Assembly (NCBI GenBank): GCA_021776135.1
Contig: JAJFGL010000059.1
Location: 19,852-83,851, forward strand
Source: Kiloniellaceae bacterium
Lineage (GTDB): Bacteria; Pseudomonadota; Alphaproteobacteria; Kiloniellales; J153
DNA: 64,000 nucleotides
Direction of reading: 5' to 3'
Below the pieces are notes generated by a model, which did no database searches, had not been told where the DNA came from, and saw only the letters and a program-made list of their open reading frames with translations. Positions 40,837 through 50,522 of the stretch are shown here, piece by piece (position 1 is the first letter of the stretch; every line of letters begins with the position of its first letter). Made by a program: the position numbers and the translations under genes.

Positions 40837-41775
40837 TCAAGGGCGTTCGAGACGATGCAGGGTGATCTCGGGGGGGCAGTTGAGCCGCACGGGTACGATG
40901 CACGATCCGGCGCCGACCGAAGTATATCCCTGCATACCGCAATATTGCCACGGGCCCGATCCCATGCGCCGGGGCAAGGCCGCGTCCAGAGTGATCGGGA
41001 TGGAGCCGGGAAGGCAGATCTGGCCGCCATGGGTATGGCCGCTCAGGAGCAGATCGAACTCGGCATGGGCCGCTTGCCGGTAAATCTCGGGCGTGTGGGA
41101 TAACAGAATCGATACTTCATCGTTCGGGATTCGAGCCGCGGCCTTTTCGATGTTGTCGACGCGGAAGTAATGGGCATCGTCGATGCCGGCCATGTGAATG
41201 CGCTGGCCGTCCCGTTCGATCGTCACGGCCTCGTTGAGCAGCATCCGTATCCCAATCTCTTCCATACCGGGAACCATCAGGATCGTGTCGTGGTTGCCCA
41301 AGACCCCGTAGACCGGGTCATTGAGGTGGATTCGCACCCTCGCGAGCCCTTCGATCGTTGCATCGAACGAACCGAAAGTCTTAGCCCGGAAGTCGCCGGT
41401 TAGGACGCAGGCGTCGTAGTCGAGGCCTTCGACAAGCTCCATCAGGCGCGCCATGGCGCCCTGATTCATATCCACATGCATGTCGCTGATATGCAGAATG
41501 GTGTAGCCGTCGAAAGGCGCGGGCAGGCCGGGCAAGCGAACTGAGTTGCGTCTGACCTCTATCCGTTCCGCGTTCCGGCGCCCGCGCCAATACAAGCCGG
41601 TCAGTTTCAGCGCGTTTCGAATAACGGAATGAACGGAGTACCAGTTCTCGATGTGAAAAAAATTCAGACCCCCACCGAAGACGCGCGCCTCGTCGTCCGT
41701 CTCCATACCAAGGCGCTGCCTGGCATGGACACGTCCGAGCCTCTGCTCCAGCTTCTCGAAAACATCCGGATTCAT
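40837..41775 (-). CDS. Metallophosphoesterase (calcineurin-like)
   Basis: Motifs ILHISDMHVD, LTGDF, GNHD and SGHTHGGQ. Its ATG overlaps the stop of the upstream methyltransferase (ATGA). Confidence 0.85.
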   Translation of the reverse strand: MNPDVFEKLEQRLGRVHARQRLGMETDDEARVFGGGLNFFHIENWYSVHSVIRNALKLTGLYWRGRRNAERIEVRRNSVRLPGLPAPFDGYTILHISDMHVDMNQGAMARLMELVEGLDYDACVLTGDFRAKTFGSFDATIEGLARVRIHLNDPVYGVLGNHDTILMVPGMEEIGIRMLLNEAVTIERDGQRIHMAGIDDAHYFRVDNIEKAAARIPNDEVSILLSHTPEIYRQAAHAEFDLLLSGHTHGGQICLPGSIPITLDAALPRRMGSGPWQYCGMQGYTSVGAGSCIVPVRLNCPPEITLHRLERP

Positions 41776-42695
41776 GGACGAACCTGCTTGGCCTTTTCGC
41801 CGGCCGGGCGCTTCGTCGCGCCCAGCGCCTCGGCGAGGCTGGCTTGCGCGCTGCCAGGTTTGAGCGCCTTGGGCTGATCGGGCGCTGGCGCCCAGGCGGT
41901 CAGGTAAATGACCTCGAAGATCGCGGTTAGGCGGCCTTGGGCATCCGCGTGCTTTTCCTCGTAGACCGCCGCCGCGCGCAGCAGGGTGGCCCGGCGCGTG
42001 GCGCTTTTACGCCTGGTGTGCACGGCATTAGCCTCCCCCATGCCGCGCAGGTCGCGCATGAGGGCGAGCGCGCCCGGGTAGGTCACGGGGATGCTGTCCT
42101 TATCCACCAGGGGCAAGGCGAAACCGGCGCGCTGCAGCAAACCGCCGGCATCGCGCACATCGGCGAAGGGAGAGACGCGGGGGCTGGCCCCCTCCTCCTC
42201 GGCGATCTCCGCTTCCATCAGGGCATCGCGCAATTCGCGCAGGGTCTCGCCGCCCAGCATGGCCACCAGCAGTAGGCCGTCGGGCTTCAAGACCTGGCGC
42301 AACTGCAGAAGCGTGCCGGGCAGATCGTTGACCCAGTGCAGGCTCAGCGCGCTCAGAACCAAATCGAAGCTGGCCGGGGCGAAGGGCAGGGCCTCCTCGT
42401 CGGCGGCCAGGCTGGGGCATCCGTTGCGCGCGGCGGCGCGCGCCATTTCCGGGGCCAGGTCGCATTGCACCAGAGTTTCGACCCCGCCCCGCTCATCCAG
42501 GATTTCGGCCAGAATTCCCGTATGGCATCCCAAATCCAGGGCCTGGGGGAATTTACGGGTCATTTCCTCCAGGCGCTCCCCCAGGCGCCCGGCGATCTCC
42601 CGGAACAAAAAATCGTGACCGCCCAAACCCGGCGCGGCGCGGGCGCGGTGGGCGCGCAAGGCGCGGCGGTCGAAGATGGACATGGAATCGGACAT
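41772..42695 (-). CDS. Class I SAM-dependent methyltransferase (BioC/NDUFAF5-like)
   Basis: Motif ALDLGCHTG, plus FDLVLSALSLHWVNDLPG and LKPDGLLL. The ATG at 42695 is preferred over the ORF-track start at 42884. Confidence 0.8.
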   Translation of the reverse strand: MSDSMSIFDRRALRAHRARAAPGLGGHDFLFREIAGRLGERLEEMTRKFPQALDLGCHTGILAEILDERGGVETLVQCDLAPEMARAAARNGCPSLAADEEALPFAPASFDLVLSALSLHWVNDLPGTLLQLRQVLKPDGLLLVAMLGGETLRELRDALMEAEIAEEEGASPRVSPFADVRDAGGLLQRAGFALPLVDKDSIPVTYPGALALMRDLRGMGEANAVHTRRKSATRRATLLRAAAVYEEKHADAQGRLTAIFEVIYLTAWAPAPDQPKALKPGSAQASLAEALGATKRPAGEKAKQVRP

Positions 42696-42792
42696 GGGCC
42701 CACTATGATAGGGCTTGCCTCCCCGGTGTACACGAAATTGGCGCCGGTCTATCCTTAGGGCAAAGCTCAATGGCAATAACGGGGAGACAATC

Positions 42793-43881
42793 GTGACCGA
42801 GACCTTACCGAAAATCCGCGCCCTTGAGGTCCGCTGCGTCGAGGTGCCCATGGCGCGGCCCCTGCGCACCGCCGTGGGCTCCATAACGGCGGCGCCCTTG
42901 GTTCTTATCGACGTCGTGACCGGGGAGGGAATTACCGGGCGGGCCTATATATTCGGCTACACCACGGCGGTTCTGGCGCCGATCGCGCATTTTCTTACCA
43001 ACATAAGCGAAGAGATCGCGGGTAAAACTATTTCGCCCGTGGAGAGGGCGCGGGACTTCGACTTGCGGTTCCGTCTGCTTGGACATCAGGGCCTGGTGGG
43101 CATGGCCCTATCCGGGCTGGACATGGCGCTTTGGGATGCTCTGGGCAAGGTGCACGGCGTGCCCGTGGTCCAGCTTCTGGGCGGCGAGGCGGTGAGCCTC
43201 CCCGCCTACGACAGCTACGGCATCCTCGACCCGGTCGCGGACCGGCCGGTGCTCGAGCAATCCCTGGCGCGCGGCTTTCGCGGCATCAAGATCAAGATCG
43301 GCGGCGGCAGCCTGCGCCGGGATGTGGAAACCGTGGCCGCCGTGCGCGATATCCTGGGCCCAGATATCGCCCTCATGGTCGATTACAACCAATCCCTGAG
43401 CGTGCCGGAGGCCATTCGGCGTATTGAACGCCTGGCCGACTACGACCTGCACTGGGTCGAGGAACCGGTTCCGGCCGAGGACGTTCACGGCCACGCCAAG
43501 ATACGCGATGTCTCGCCCATACCGATCCAAAGCGGCGAGAACTGGTGGTTTCCGATCGGCATGGCCAAGGCCATAGAAGCCGGCGCCTGCGATTACGTCA
43601 TGCCCGACCTGATCAAGATCGGCGGCATCACCGGGTGGCTGCGCGCCATGGGCGTGGCCGAAACCGCGAGCATACCGGTTTCGAGCCACTTATTCATAGA
43701 AGCCAGCGCCCATGTCCTGCCGGTCACGGCGAACGCCCATTGGCTGGAGTATCTGAACCTGGCCGATGCGATCCTGGCCGAGCCCCTGGCCGTGGAAGAC
43801 GGCCGGGTCACCGCGCGCGGGCCCGGCCTGGGCATGGACTGGAACCTGGAAGCGGTCGAGCGCTATGGCTTTACTGGATAA
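42793..43881 (+). CDS. Enolase-superfamily enzyme (mandelate racemase/muconate lactonizing family)
   Basis: Motifs FRGIKIKIGG, LMVDYNQS, HWVEEP, IPIQSGEN and DYVMPDLIKIGGITG. GTG start at 42793 with a GGGGAGA SD. Confidence 0.85.
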   Translation: MTETLPKIRALEVRCVEVPMARPLRTAVGSITAAPLVLIDVVTGEGITGRAYIFGYTTAVLAPIAHFLTNISEEIAGKTISPVERARDFDLRFRLLGHQGLVGMALSGLDMALWDALGKVHGVPVVQLLGGEAVSLPAYDSYGILDPVADRPVLEQSLARGFRGIKIKIGGGSLRRDVETVAAVRDILGPDIALMVDYNQSLSVPEAIRRIERLADYDLHWVEEPVPAEDVHGHAKIRDVSPIPIQSGENWWFPIGMAKAIEAGACDYVMPDLIKIGGITGWLRAMGVAETASIPVSSHLFIEASAHVLPVTANAHWLEYLNLADAILAEPLAVEDGRVTARGPGLGMDWNLEAVERYGFTG

Positions 43882-44596
43882 GCTGCCGGCACTGGCGCTC
43901 AACGCCGTTTTGCCACCACGATGCCTGGCCTGCGGCGAGATGGTGGCGCGCAGCGGGGCGCTCTGCGGGCCATGCTGGTCGGAGGTCGAATTTCTGGCGC
44001 CGCCGCTTTGCGCCTGTTGCGGCCTGCCCTTCGAGTACGACACGGGGCCGGAGGCCTTGTGCGGCGAATGCACCCGCTCCCACCCCGCCTACGAACGCGC
44101 GCGCGCGGTCATGCGCTACAACGACGCTTCTAAACGCCTGATCCTGGGTTTCAAACACGGCGACCGGACCGAGGGTGCGCCCGCCTACGGCGCCTGGCTG
44201 GCCCGCGCCGGGGCCACGCTCATCGCCGAGGCCGACCTGATCGCGCCGGTGCCCTTGCACCGCTGGCGCTTGCTTGGCCGGCGCTACAATCAGGCGGCCT
44301 TGCTGGCCCATGCCCTGGGGCGCGCGACGGACCTGCCCGTGGTCTCGGATTTACTGCTCCGGCGCCGCTTCACGCGCTCCCAGGGACGTTTGAGCCCAGT
44401 GGCCCGGAAACGTAACGTGGCCGGGGCCTTCGCGGTCAAGACGGCACGGGCGGCGGGCCTTGCGGGGCGCCGGGTGCTCTTGATCGACGACGTTCTGACC
44501 ACTGGGGCCACGGTTTCGGCCTGTGCGCGGGCCTTGCGCCGGGGCGGGGCGGCGGCGGTCGAGGTTCTGGTTCTGGCGCGGGTTCAGCGGTCCTGA
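43865..44596 (+). CDS. ComF-family protein (phosphoribosyltransferase domain with N-terminal zinc ribbon)
   Basis: CLACGE...CGPCW...CCGLPF...CGEC zinc ribbon and the PRT motif RVLLIDDVLTTGAT. Confidence 0.85.
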   Translation: MALLDKLPALALNAVLPPRCLACGEMVARSGALCGPCWSEVEFLAPPLCACCGLPFEYDTGPEALCGECTRSHPAYERARAVMRYNDASKRLILGFKHGDRTEGAPAYGAWLARAGATLIAEADLIAPVPLHRWRLLGRRYNQAALLAHALGRATDLPVVSDLLLRRRFTRSQGRLSPVARKRNVAGAFAVKTARAAGLAGRRVLLIDDVLTTGATVSACARALRRGGAAAVEVLVLARVQRS

Positions 44597-44685
44597 TATT
44601 AACCCACCTGTAATTCCTGGCGGGGCTTACTAAGTGTATGCTTTCCGCTTTCCCCACCAAGAGCGCGGTTTTTGGAGAACTGAGA

Positions 44686-44958
44686 ATGACAGGGCTGGTT
44701 GAAGTTTACTCCACAATGCTGTGCCCTTTTTGTTACCGGGCCAAGTCTTTGCTGAAACGCAAGGGCATCGAATTCCAAGAGATAGACGTGATGCTGAGCC
44801 CAGGAAAACGCCGGGAGATGGTCGAGCGCAGCGGCGGACGGACCAGTGTGCCGCAAATCTTCGTCGACGGCCGGCACGTCGGCAACTGCGACGAGATCCA
44901 CGAGCTGGAATTCAAGGGCCAACTAACCGGGATATTGGAGGGAAGCGCCCCTGCCTAA
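44686..44958 (+). CDS. grxC: Glutaredoxin 3
   Basis: VEVYSTMLCPFCYRAKSLLKRKGI...GRTSVPQIFVDGRHVGNCDE. Confidence 0.9.
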   Translation: MTGLVEVYSTMLCPFCYRAKSLLKRKGIEFQEIDVMLSPGKRREMVERSGGRTSVPQIFVDGRHVGNCDEIHELEFKGQLTGILEGSAPA

Positions 44959-44977
44959 TACCTTCACCGCCGCCTGC

Positions 44978-45793
44978 GTGCAGATGACCGCCGGGCGCGA
45001 GCCGGCGGAGAACCTGGCCGCGGCCACAAAACTAATTCGCCAGGCCAAGGCCGAGGGCGCCGACCTCATCGTGACCCCGGAATGCACGAACATGATGGAG
45101 CCGCGCCGCGCCCTCTTGTTTGAAAAATTAGTGGCCGAGGAAGCGGACGCTTCGCTCGCCGGCTTCTCGGCCCTGGCGGCGGAGCTTGGCGTTTGGCTGC
45201 TGATTGGGTCCGTGGCTGTGCGTATAGCGCCCGGCCAGGCCGCGAACCGTTCGATCCTCTTCGACCCCCGGGGGCAAGTCGCGGCCCGCTACGACAAGAT
45301 TCACATGTTCGATGTCGAGATTCCCGACGGGCAAAGCTACCGCGAATCCAAGGCTTACCGGCCAGGCGAGCGGGCAGTGCTGGCGGACTTGCCCTGGGGC
45401 CGCCTGGGCATGACGGTGTGTTACGACATGCGCTTTGCCCATCTTTATCGCGCCTTGGCCCAGGCTGGGGCCAGCTTCCTCTCCATCCCCGCCGCCTTCA
45501 CCCGCTTTACCGGCCAGGCGCATTGGCACATCCTGTTGCGGGCGCGGGCGATCGAGACCGGATGCTTTGTCTTCGCGCCGGCCCAGTGCGGCACCCACGC
45601 GGAAGGGCGCGAAACCTACGGCCATTCGCTGATTGTCGCGCCCTGGGGCGAAGTCCTGGCCGACGGCGGCGAGGAACCGGGCATCGTCCTGGCCGAGATC
45701 GACACAGCGCGGGTGGAGAAAGCCCGCGCCATGGTCCCGGCCCTGTGCAACGGCCGGCCCTTCGAGACGCCCAGCGCGGCGAGCGGCGCTTAG
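44978..45793 (+). CDS. Carbon-nitrogen hydrolase family protein (omega-amidase/Nit-like)
   Basis: Catalytic triad contexts PECTNM (Glu), YDKIHMFD (Lys) and MTVCYDMRF (Cys). The GTG start at 44978 is uncertain: the conserved-looking residues NTFTAAC lie upstream of it with no canonical start. Confidence 0.8.
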   Translation: MQMTAGREPAENLAAATKLIRQAKAEGADLIVTPECTNMMEPRRALLFEKLVAEEADASLAGFSALAAELGVWLLIGSVAVRIAPGQAANRSILFDPRGQVAARYDKIHMFDVEIPDGQSYRESKAYRPGERAVLADLPWGRLGMTVCYDMRFAHLYRALAQAGASFLSIPAAFTRFTGQAHWHILLRARAIETGCFVFAPAQCGTHAEGRETYGHSLIVAPWGEVLADGGEEPGIVLAEIDTARVEKARAMVPALCNGRPFETPSAASGA

Positions 45794-45894
45794 CATCCTA
45801 AACAGTGTGTTAATGAGATTGCTCTACATACCTAGGTAGTCTTTCGAAGCATCCTGAAGGGTTGAGACATTGGGGCACACCAAGGCCAGCGCCT

Positions 45895-47871
45895 ATGCTC
45901 ATGCCGGGAACAATGAGCGATCGAGACACATTGACCGAGACACGGCGTGGCGGCGGGCACTCACAGCCCGCGCATAGCCCTGTATCCTTTTTCCGCTGCC
46001 GCTTGTGCTGGCGGATCACGATCATCGTCTTTCTCAGCATCCTGACTATCGAAGCCCTTATCCTCGTTCCCTCCTATTTCAAACGGCAGCAGGAACTGCT
46101 CGATGGGCTGGCGGTTTCCGGCCTAACCGCATTGACGTTGGCGATTCATGAGCATGGTCATGCGGGCGATGGCGCCGGCTTCTCGTTCGACGAGCAGTCA
46201 TTCGGCACGCAAGAGTTCAACCTTCCGTGGCCCTTGGTCGGCATGCACCTGTATTCGTCTTCGGGCGCGCTTCTAGGAACCTTCGGGGAACCGCCGGATC
46301 ACGACTTCGAGGCGGCGCGTGTGGGGACCGGCATCTTGGCCCGCGGCACGGATGCTTCGCGTTACGAAGTTTTCTGGACCAGCGTGGATTCGAACGCACC
46401 CTTGGCCGCCGTCGCTAGACTGGACAGCAGCCACATCGCGACGGAGCTTCGAGGGTTTGTGTGGCGGATTTCCGGACTGGTCGTTTTAATTTCGCTCTTC
46501 GTTTGCGGCGCCACCATGATGGCCCTGACCCTGATCGTCCTCAAGCCGATCCTGGACCTGCGGTCCTTGATGCTCTTTACCAAGGAACGTCCAGAGACCG
46601 CGGGCCGAATCGCTCGCAAGCGGCGCGGGTGGGACGAGATGGGCGACATAACCGATGCGTATGGCGATCTTGTTTTGCGTTTGACTAAGCAATACCGGAG
46701 TACTTTGCACGAGCGCGAGCAGCGTTTCGAGGACTTCGCGCAAGCAGCTTCCGACTGGTTCTGGGAAATGGACGAAAACCTGCGCTTCTCTTACTTCTCC
46801 AAGCGCTTTGCCCAAGTGACCGGTGTCCCGAATCATCAGCTCTTGGGCAAGACCCGAGAGGAAACCGGGATACCGGATGTCGATCCCGAACACTGGCGCA
46901 AGTACCTAGGCGATCTGTCGGCGCATCGGTCTTTTCGCGGTTTCACCCACCCCAGAACCATGCCCGATGGGACCGTGGTTTGGCTGTCGATCAGCGGCAA
47001 GCCCTATTTCGATCCTGAAGGAAATTTCAAGGGATACCGGGGCATTGGGCAAGACATCACGCGCCTGAAGCGTTTCGAGGAGGAACTGCGCCAATCGAGG
47101 GACAAGGCCGAGCAAGCCAACCGCGCGAAATCAGCCTTTCTAGCCAATATGAGCCACGAGCTTCGCACGCCGCTCAATGCCGTTATCGGCTTTTCCGAGG
47201 TTATCGAATCGGAACTCTTCGGTCCCACAGGAAGTCCCAAGTACGTGGGTTATGCTAAGGATATCCGCACATCGGGCCAGCATCTGCTCGAGTTGATCAA
47301 CGACATACTCGATCTCTCAAAGATCGAATCCGGCGCTGACACTTTGATTGAGAAAACGATCTCGATACCCAGGCTGCTGATGGAAGTGGAGGTGCTGGTT
47401 CAAGCCGATGTCCACAAGGCGCGTGTCAGCCTAAGCTATCGCATCCAGGGCGACCTACCCGAGATTCGCGCCGATCGGCGCAAGCTGATGCAGGTCGTCA
47501 CCAACCTCCTCATCAATGCAATTAAGTTTACGCCGGCGGATGGTGAAGTTTCCATAGAGGCAGAGTGCGATCCCGGCGCTGGGCATGTGATTAAGATTAC
47601 CGATACGGGCATCGGCATGGCGCCGGAAGATATTCCGATTGCCCTTGCACCGTTCCAGCAGGTCGATAACGGCCTGAACCGAAAATACGAGGGAACCGGC
47701 CTGGGTTTGCCGCTCGTTAAGGCTATGATCGAGATGCATGGGGGGACACTGGAACTGTTGAGCGAGCGCGGTGGCGGAACAACGGTGGTTGTACGTTTTC
47801 CGGCGGAGCGCGTCGTGCTGTCCGCGCCCGGTATATCGGCGCTGGCAAGGCATGGCGGTCAGGCGGGCTAA
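45895..47871 (+). CDS. Membrane sensor histidine kinase (2 TM sensor region, PAS, HisKA, HATPase_c)
   Basis: H-box MSHELRTPLNAV, N-box NLLINAIKF and G-boxes DTGIGM and GTGLGL. PAS-like region FWEMDENLRFSYFS. No adjacent response regulator. The start could be 45862, 45895 or 45913. Confidence 0.85.
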   Translation: MLMPGTMSDRDTLTETRRGGGHSQPAHSPVSFFRCRLCWRITIIVFLSILTIEALILVPSYFKRQQELLDGLAVSGLTALTLAIHEHGHAGDGAGFSFDEQSFGTQEFNLPWPLVGMHLYSSSGALLGTFGEPPDHDFEAARVGTGILARGTDASRYEVFWTSVDSNAPLAAVARLDSSHIATELRGFVWRISGLVVLISLFVCGATMMALTLIVLKPILDLRSLMLFTKERPETAGRIARKRRGWDEMGDITDAYGDLVLRLTKQYRSTLHEREQRFEDFAQAASDWFWEMDENLRFSYFSKRFAQVTGVPNHQLLGKTREETGIPDVDPEHWRKYLGDLSAHRSFRGFTHPRTMPDGTVVWLSISGKPYFDPEGNFKGYRGIGQDITRLKRFEEELRQSRDKAEQANRAKSAFLANMSHELRTPLNAVIGFSEVIESELFGPTGSPKYVGYAKDIRTSGQHLLELINDILDLSKIESGADTLIEKTISIPRLLMEVEVLVQADVHKARVSLSYRIQGDLPEIRADRRKLMQVVTNLLINAIKFTPADGEVSIEAECDPGAGHVIKITDTGIGMAPEDIPIALAPFQQVDNGLNRKYEGTGLGLPLVKAMIEMHGGTLELLSERGGGTTVVVRFPAERVVLSAPGISALARHGGQAG

Positions 47872-47880
47872 CCCCGGGTG

Positions 47881-48438
47881 TCAGGGGACGGCAGTTTCGC
47901 ACCGGGCGCAGAGACGCTGTACCGCCGCCGGGCGCGGCGCGTCCAGGGTTAGATCTTCGTAGGCCAGAACCCGCAAATGCCCGCGCACGGCGTCCAACAG
48001 CTCGCCGGGATTCAACAGGTGATCCGGGTTGCGTGGGCGCCCGAATAGTTCGTTTCCCTTGGCGAAGGTCTCGTAGATCAGGATACCGCCGGGGGCCAGG
48101 GCTCCTATCAGGGCCGGGAACAGCGGCCGGTATAGGTACCGCGAGACCACGATCCCGCCGAATTGCCGGTTTTGAAGGGGAAAGGGGCGGCCGTCCTCAA
48201 GATCGGCTTCGATAACCTCGGCCATGGGGTTGGCGGCCAGATCGGCGACTTCGGAAGTATCGATATCGAGCGCCACCACCTTGCTCCCGCGCGCCAGGAA
48301 CAAACGGCTATGGCGCCCGGCGCCGCAGGCCAAGTCCAGTACCGTGCCGGCGCTGGGAATCAAATCGGCGAAGCGCGCGACCCAGTCCGAAGGTTCTGAA
48401 ATCGCGTGCCGTCCCATGACTTGTTTGCGGTATCCCAA
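47881..48438 (-). CDS. Class I SAM-dependent methyltransferase (small)
   Basis: Motif VLDLACGAGRHS, plus VVALD and LAPGGILIYETF. Confidence 0.75.
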   Translation of the reverse strand: MGYRKQVMGRHAISEPSDWVARFADLIPSAGTVLDLACGAGRHSRLFLARGSKVVALDIDTSEVADLAANPMAEVIEADLEDGRPFPLQNRQFGGIVVSRYLYRPLFPALIGALAPGGILIYETFAKGNELFGRPRNPDHLLNPGELLDAVRGHLRVLAYEDLTLDAPRPAAVQRLCARCETAVP

Positions 48439-48498
48439 ATACCCAGATTTATCGTACTATACGCCACTGTCCTTGGAATAACAGGTTCCCAGCACGCA

Positions 48499-48948
48499 AT
48501 GATCGTTTTCAATCTACAATGCCGGAATTCTCATGTTTTTGAGGCTTGGTTTCGCGACAGCGCCAGTTATGACCGTCAAGTCGGGGCCGGGGAACTGGTC
48601 TGCCCAACCTGCGGCAGCCGTAAAATCGAAAAAGCGCTCATGGCGCCGCACCTGGGCAAGTCCAAGAAGGGCGAAGCGGCGATCCCCGCGGCGGCCAATA
48701 AAAAGGCGGTCATGGAAACCCAGGAGGCCGGAGAGGCCATGAAGGCGTTGCGCGGCCTGCGCGAAAAGATCGAGAAGTCTTGCGACTATGTCGGCCCCAA
48801 CTTCGCCGAGGAAGCACGCAAGATCCACTACGGCGAAACCGATCCGCGCGGTATCTACGGCGAAACCTCTGACCAGGACGCCAAGGCGCTCAAGGACGAA
48901 GGGGTCAGCTTCGGCCGCGTCCCCTGGGCCCCGGACCGGGATTCCTAA
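48499..48948 (+). CDS. DUF1178 zinc-ribbon protein
   Basis: MIVFNLQCRNSHVFEAWFRDSASYDRQ...LVCPTCGS. The ATG at 48499 is preferred over 48406. Confidence 0.75.
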   Translation: MIVFNLQCRNSHVFEAWFRDSASYDRQVGAGELVCPTCGSRKIEKALMAPHLGKSKKGEAAIPAAANKKAVMETQEAGEAMKALRGLREKIEKSCDYVGPNFAEEARKIHYGETDPRGIYGETSDQDAKALKDEGVSFGRVPWAPDRDS

Positions 48949-48951
48949 ATT

Positions 48952-49980
48952 CTAGACCCCCAGGGCCGCCTCAATGGCGGGACGGTCGAGGCCGCTTTGG
49001 CCGATGATCACCAGGCGGGTTTCGCGGGCCTCGCCGCTGCGCCAGTCGCGGTCGTAGTAGTGCTGAAGCCGCGCCCCCACCCCTTGCAGGACCAGGCGCA
49101 TATCCTTGCCGGCGATATTGGCGAAGCCCTTGACGCGCAGGATGCCGTGATCCTCGATCGCCGGGGTCAGGCGGGCAAGCAAGATTTGCGGCGTGGCCAA
49201 GACCCCCAGGGAAACAGCGAAGCTTTCGAAATCATCGTGGTCGTGATCCTCCAAGCCATCGTGATGCGAGGGCCGCGCCGCCAAGTCGTCTTCCGCCGCC
49301 GCTTCCAAACCGAGCAACACCTCGGCGCCGATGGCGCCGTGACGGCCACGCACCAGCTTGACCGAGGGGCGCAAACGGGCGCGAACCTCGCCGGTCACCT
49401 GGGTCAAGGCCGCATCGTCCAACAAGTCAATCTTGTTGATTACCACCATGTCGGCGCAGGCCAGTTGATCCTCGAAGACTTCTTCCAAGGGGCTGTCGTG
49501 ATCCAGGGCATCGTCCGCCGCCCGCTGGGCCGCCACGGCCGCCACATCGGGGGCGAAACGCCCGGCGGCCACTGCTTCGGCGTCGATCACCGCAATCACG
49601 CCGTCGACCGTAACCCGGGTCCGGATTTCGGGCCAGTTGAAGGCCTTGACCAGGGGCTTGGGCAAGGCCAGGCCGGAGGTTTCGATGACGATGCGATCCG
49701 GCGGGTCGGGGCGGTCCAACAACGCCTCCATGGCCGGCACGAAATCGTCCGCTACCGTGCAGCAGATGCAGCCGTTGGCGAGCTCGACCACGTCGCCTTC
49801 CTCGCAGCCTTCGATGCCGCAGGACTTCAATATCTCGCCATCCACGCCCAGGTCGCCGAACTCGTTGACGATCAAGGCCAGGCGCTTGCCCTTGGCGTCG
49901 CCAAGCAAGTGGCGGATCATGCTGGTCTTGCCGGCGCCCAGAAAGCCAGTGATGACGGTAGCCGGAATTTTCGCGGTCAT
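48952..49980 (-). CDS. cobW: CobW-type G3E GTPase (COG0523 metallochaperone)
   Basis: P-loop VITGFLGAGKTS, metal motif GCICCT and a His-rich stretch HHDGLEDHDHDDFES. Its ATG overlaps the cobP stop (ATGA). Confidence 0.85.
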   Translation of the reverse strand: MTAKIPATVITGFLGAGKTSMIRHLLGDAKGKRLALIVNEFGDLGVDGEILKSCGIEGCEEGDVVELANGCICCTVADDFVPAMEALLDRPDPPDRIVIETSGLALPKPLVKAFNWPEIRTRVTVDGVIAVIDAEAVAAGRFAPDVAAVAAQRAADDALDHDSPLEEVFEDQLACADMVVINKIDLLDDAALTQVTGEVRARLRPSVKLVRGRHGAIGAEVLLGLEAAAEDDLAARPSHHDGLEDHDHDDFESFAVSLGVLATPQILLARLTPAIEDHGILRVKGFANIAGKDMRLVLQGVGARLQHYYDRDWRSGEARETRLVIIGQSGLDRPAIEAALGV

Positions 49981-50522
49981 GGGGGATCCCTGTCTGTTGT
50001 CCCGGGTTCGCCTTTGAGGATGAGCGGTAAACCCGCGGTCATGAAAATCACCGTAGTGGCGGCGGCGGCGAGGGCCTGATGCAAACGCCCTGCTTCGTCG
50101 ATGAAGTGCCGGGCCAGGGCGTTGGCCGGCACGATGCCCTGGCCGACCTCGTTGGAAACGAAGATGCAAGGACCGGCGAGCCTTGGCAGAACTTCAATAA
50201 GCCCATGGCTTTCGCGCGCCGGGTCGCGGCCGGCGGCCATGAGGTTGCTCAGCCACAGGGTCAGGCAGTCGATCAAGACCATGGTGCCCGGCGCGCAAGC
50301 CCCTTGCAGGGCGGCGCTTAGCTCGAGCGGTTCCTCGATCGCGGTCCAGCGTGGGCCCCGACGGTCCCGGTGGACGCGGATTCGATCCGTCATTTCGGCG
50401 TCGCCCGCCTCGGCGGTAGCCAGGTAGACGCAAGGCCCGCGCCGGGCTTCGGCCAAGCGTTCCGCGTGTTGGCTCTTGCCCGAGCGGGCGCCGCCGAGAA
50501 TAAAGGTAACCGGCGCCTTCAT
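49977..50522 (-). CDS. cobP: Bifunctional adenosylcobinamide kinase / adenosylcobinamide-phosphate guanylyltransferase
   Basis: P-loop FILGGARSGKS, plus VYLATAE..D.EM..RI..H and FVSNEVG. Its ATG overlaps the stop of the upstream S41 gene (ATGA). Confidence 0.85.
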   Translation of the reverse strand: MKAPVTFILGGARSGKSQHAERLAEARRGPCVYLATAEAGDAEMTDRIRVHRDRRGPRWTAIEEPLELSAALQGACAPGTMVLIDCLTLWLSNLMAAGRDPARESHGLIEVLPRLAGPCIFVSNEVGQGIVPANALARHFIDEAGRLHQALAAAATTVIFMTAGLPLILKGEPGTTDRDPP

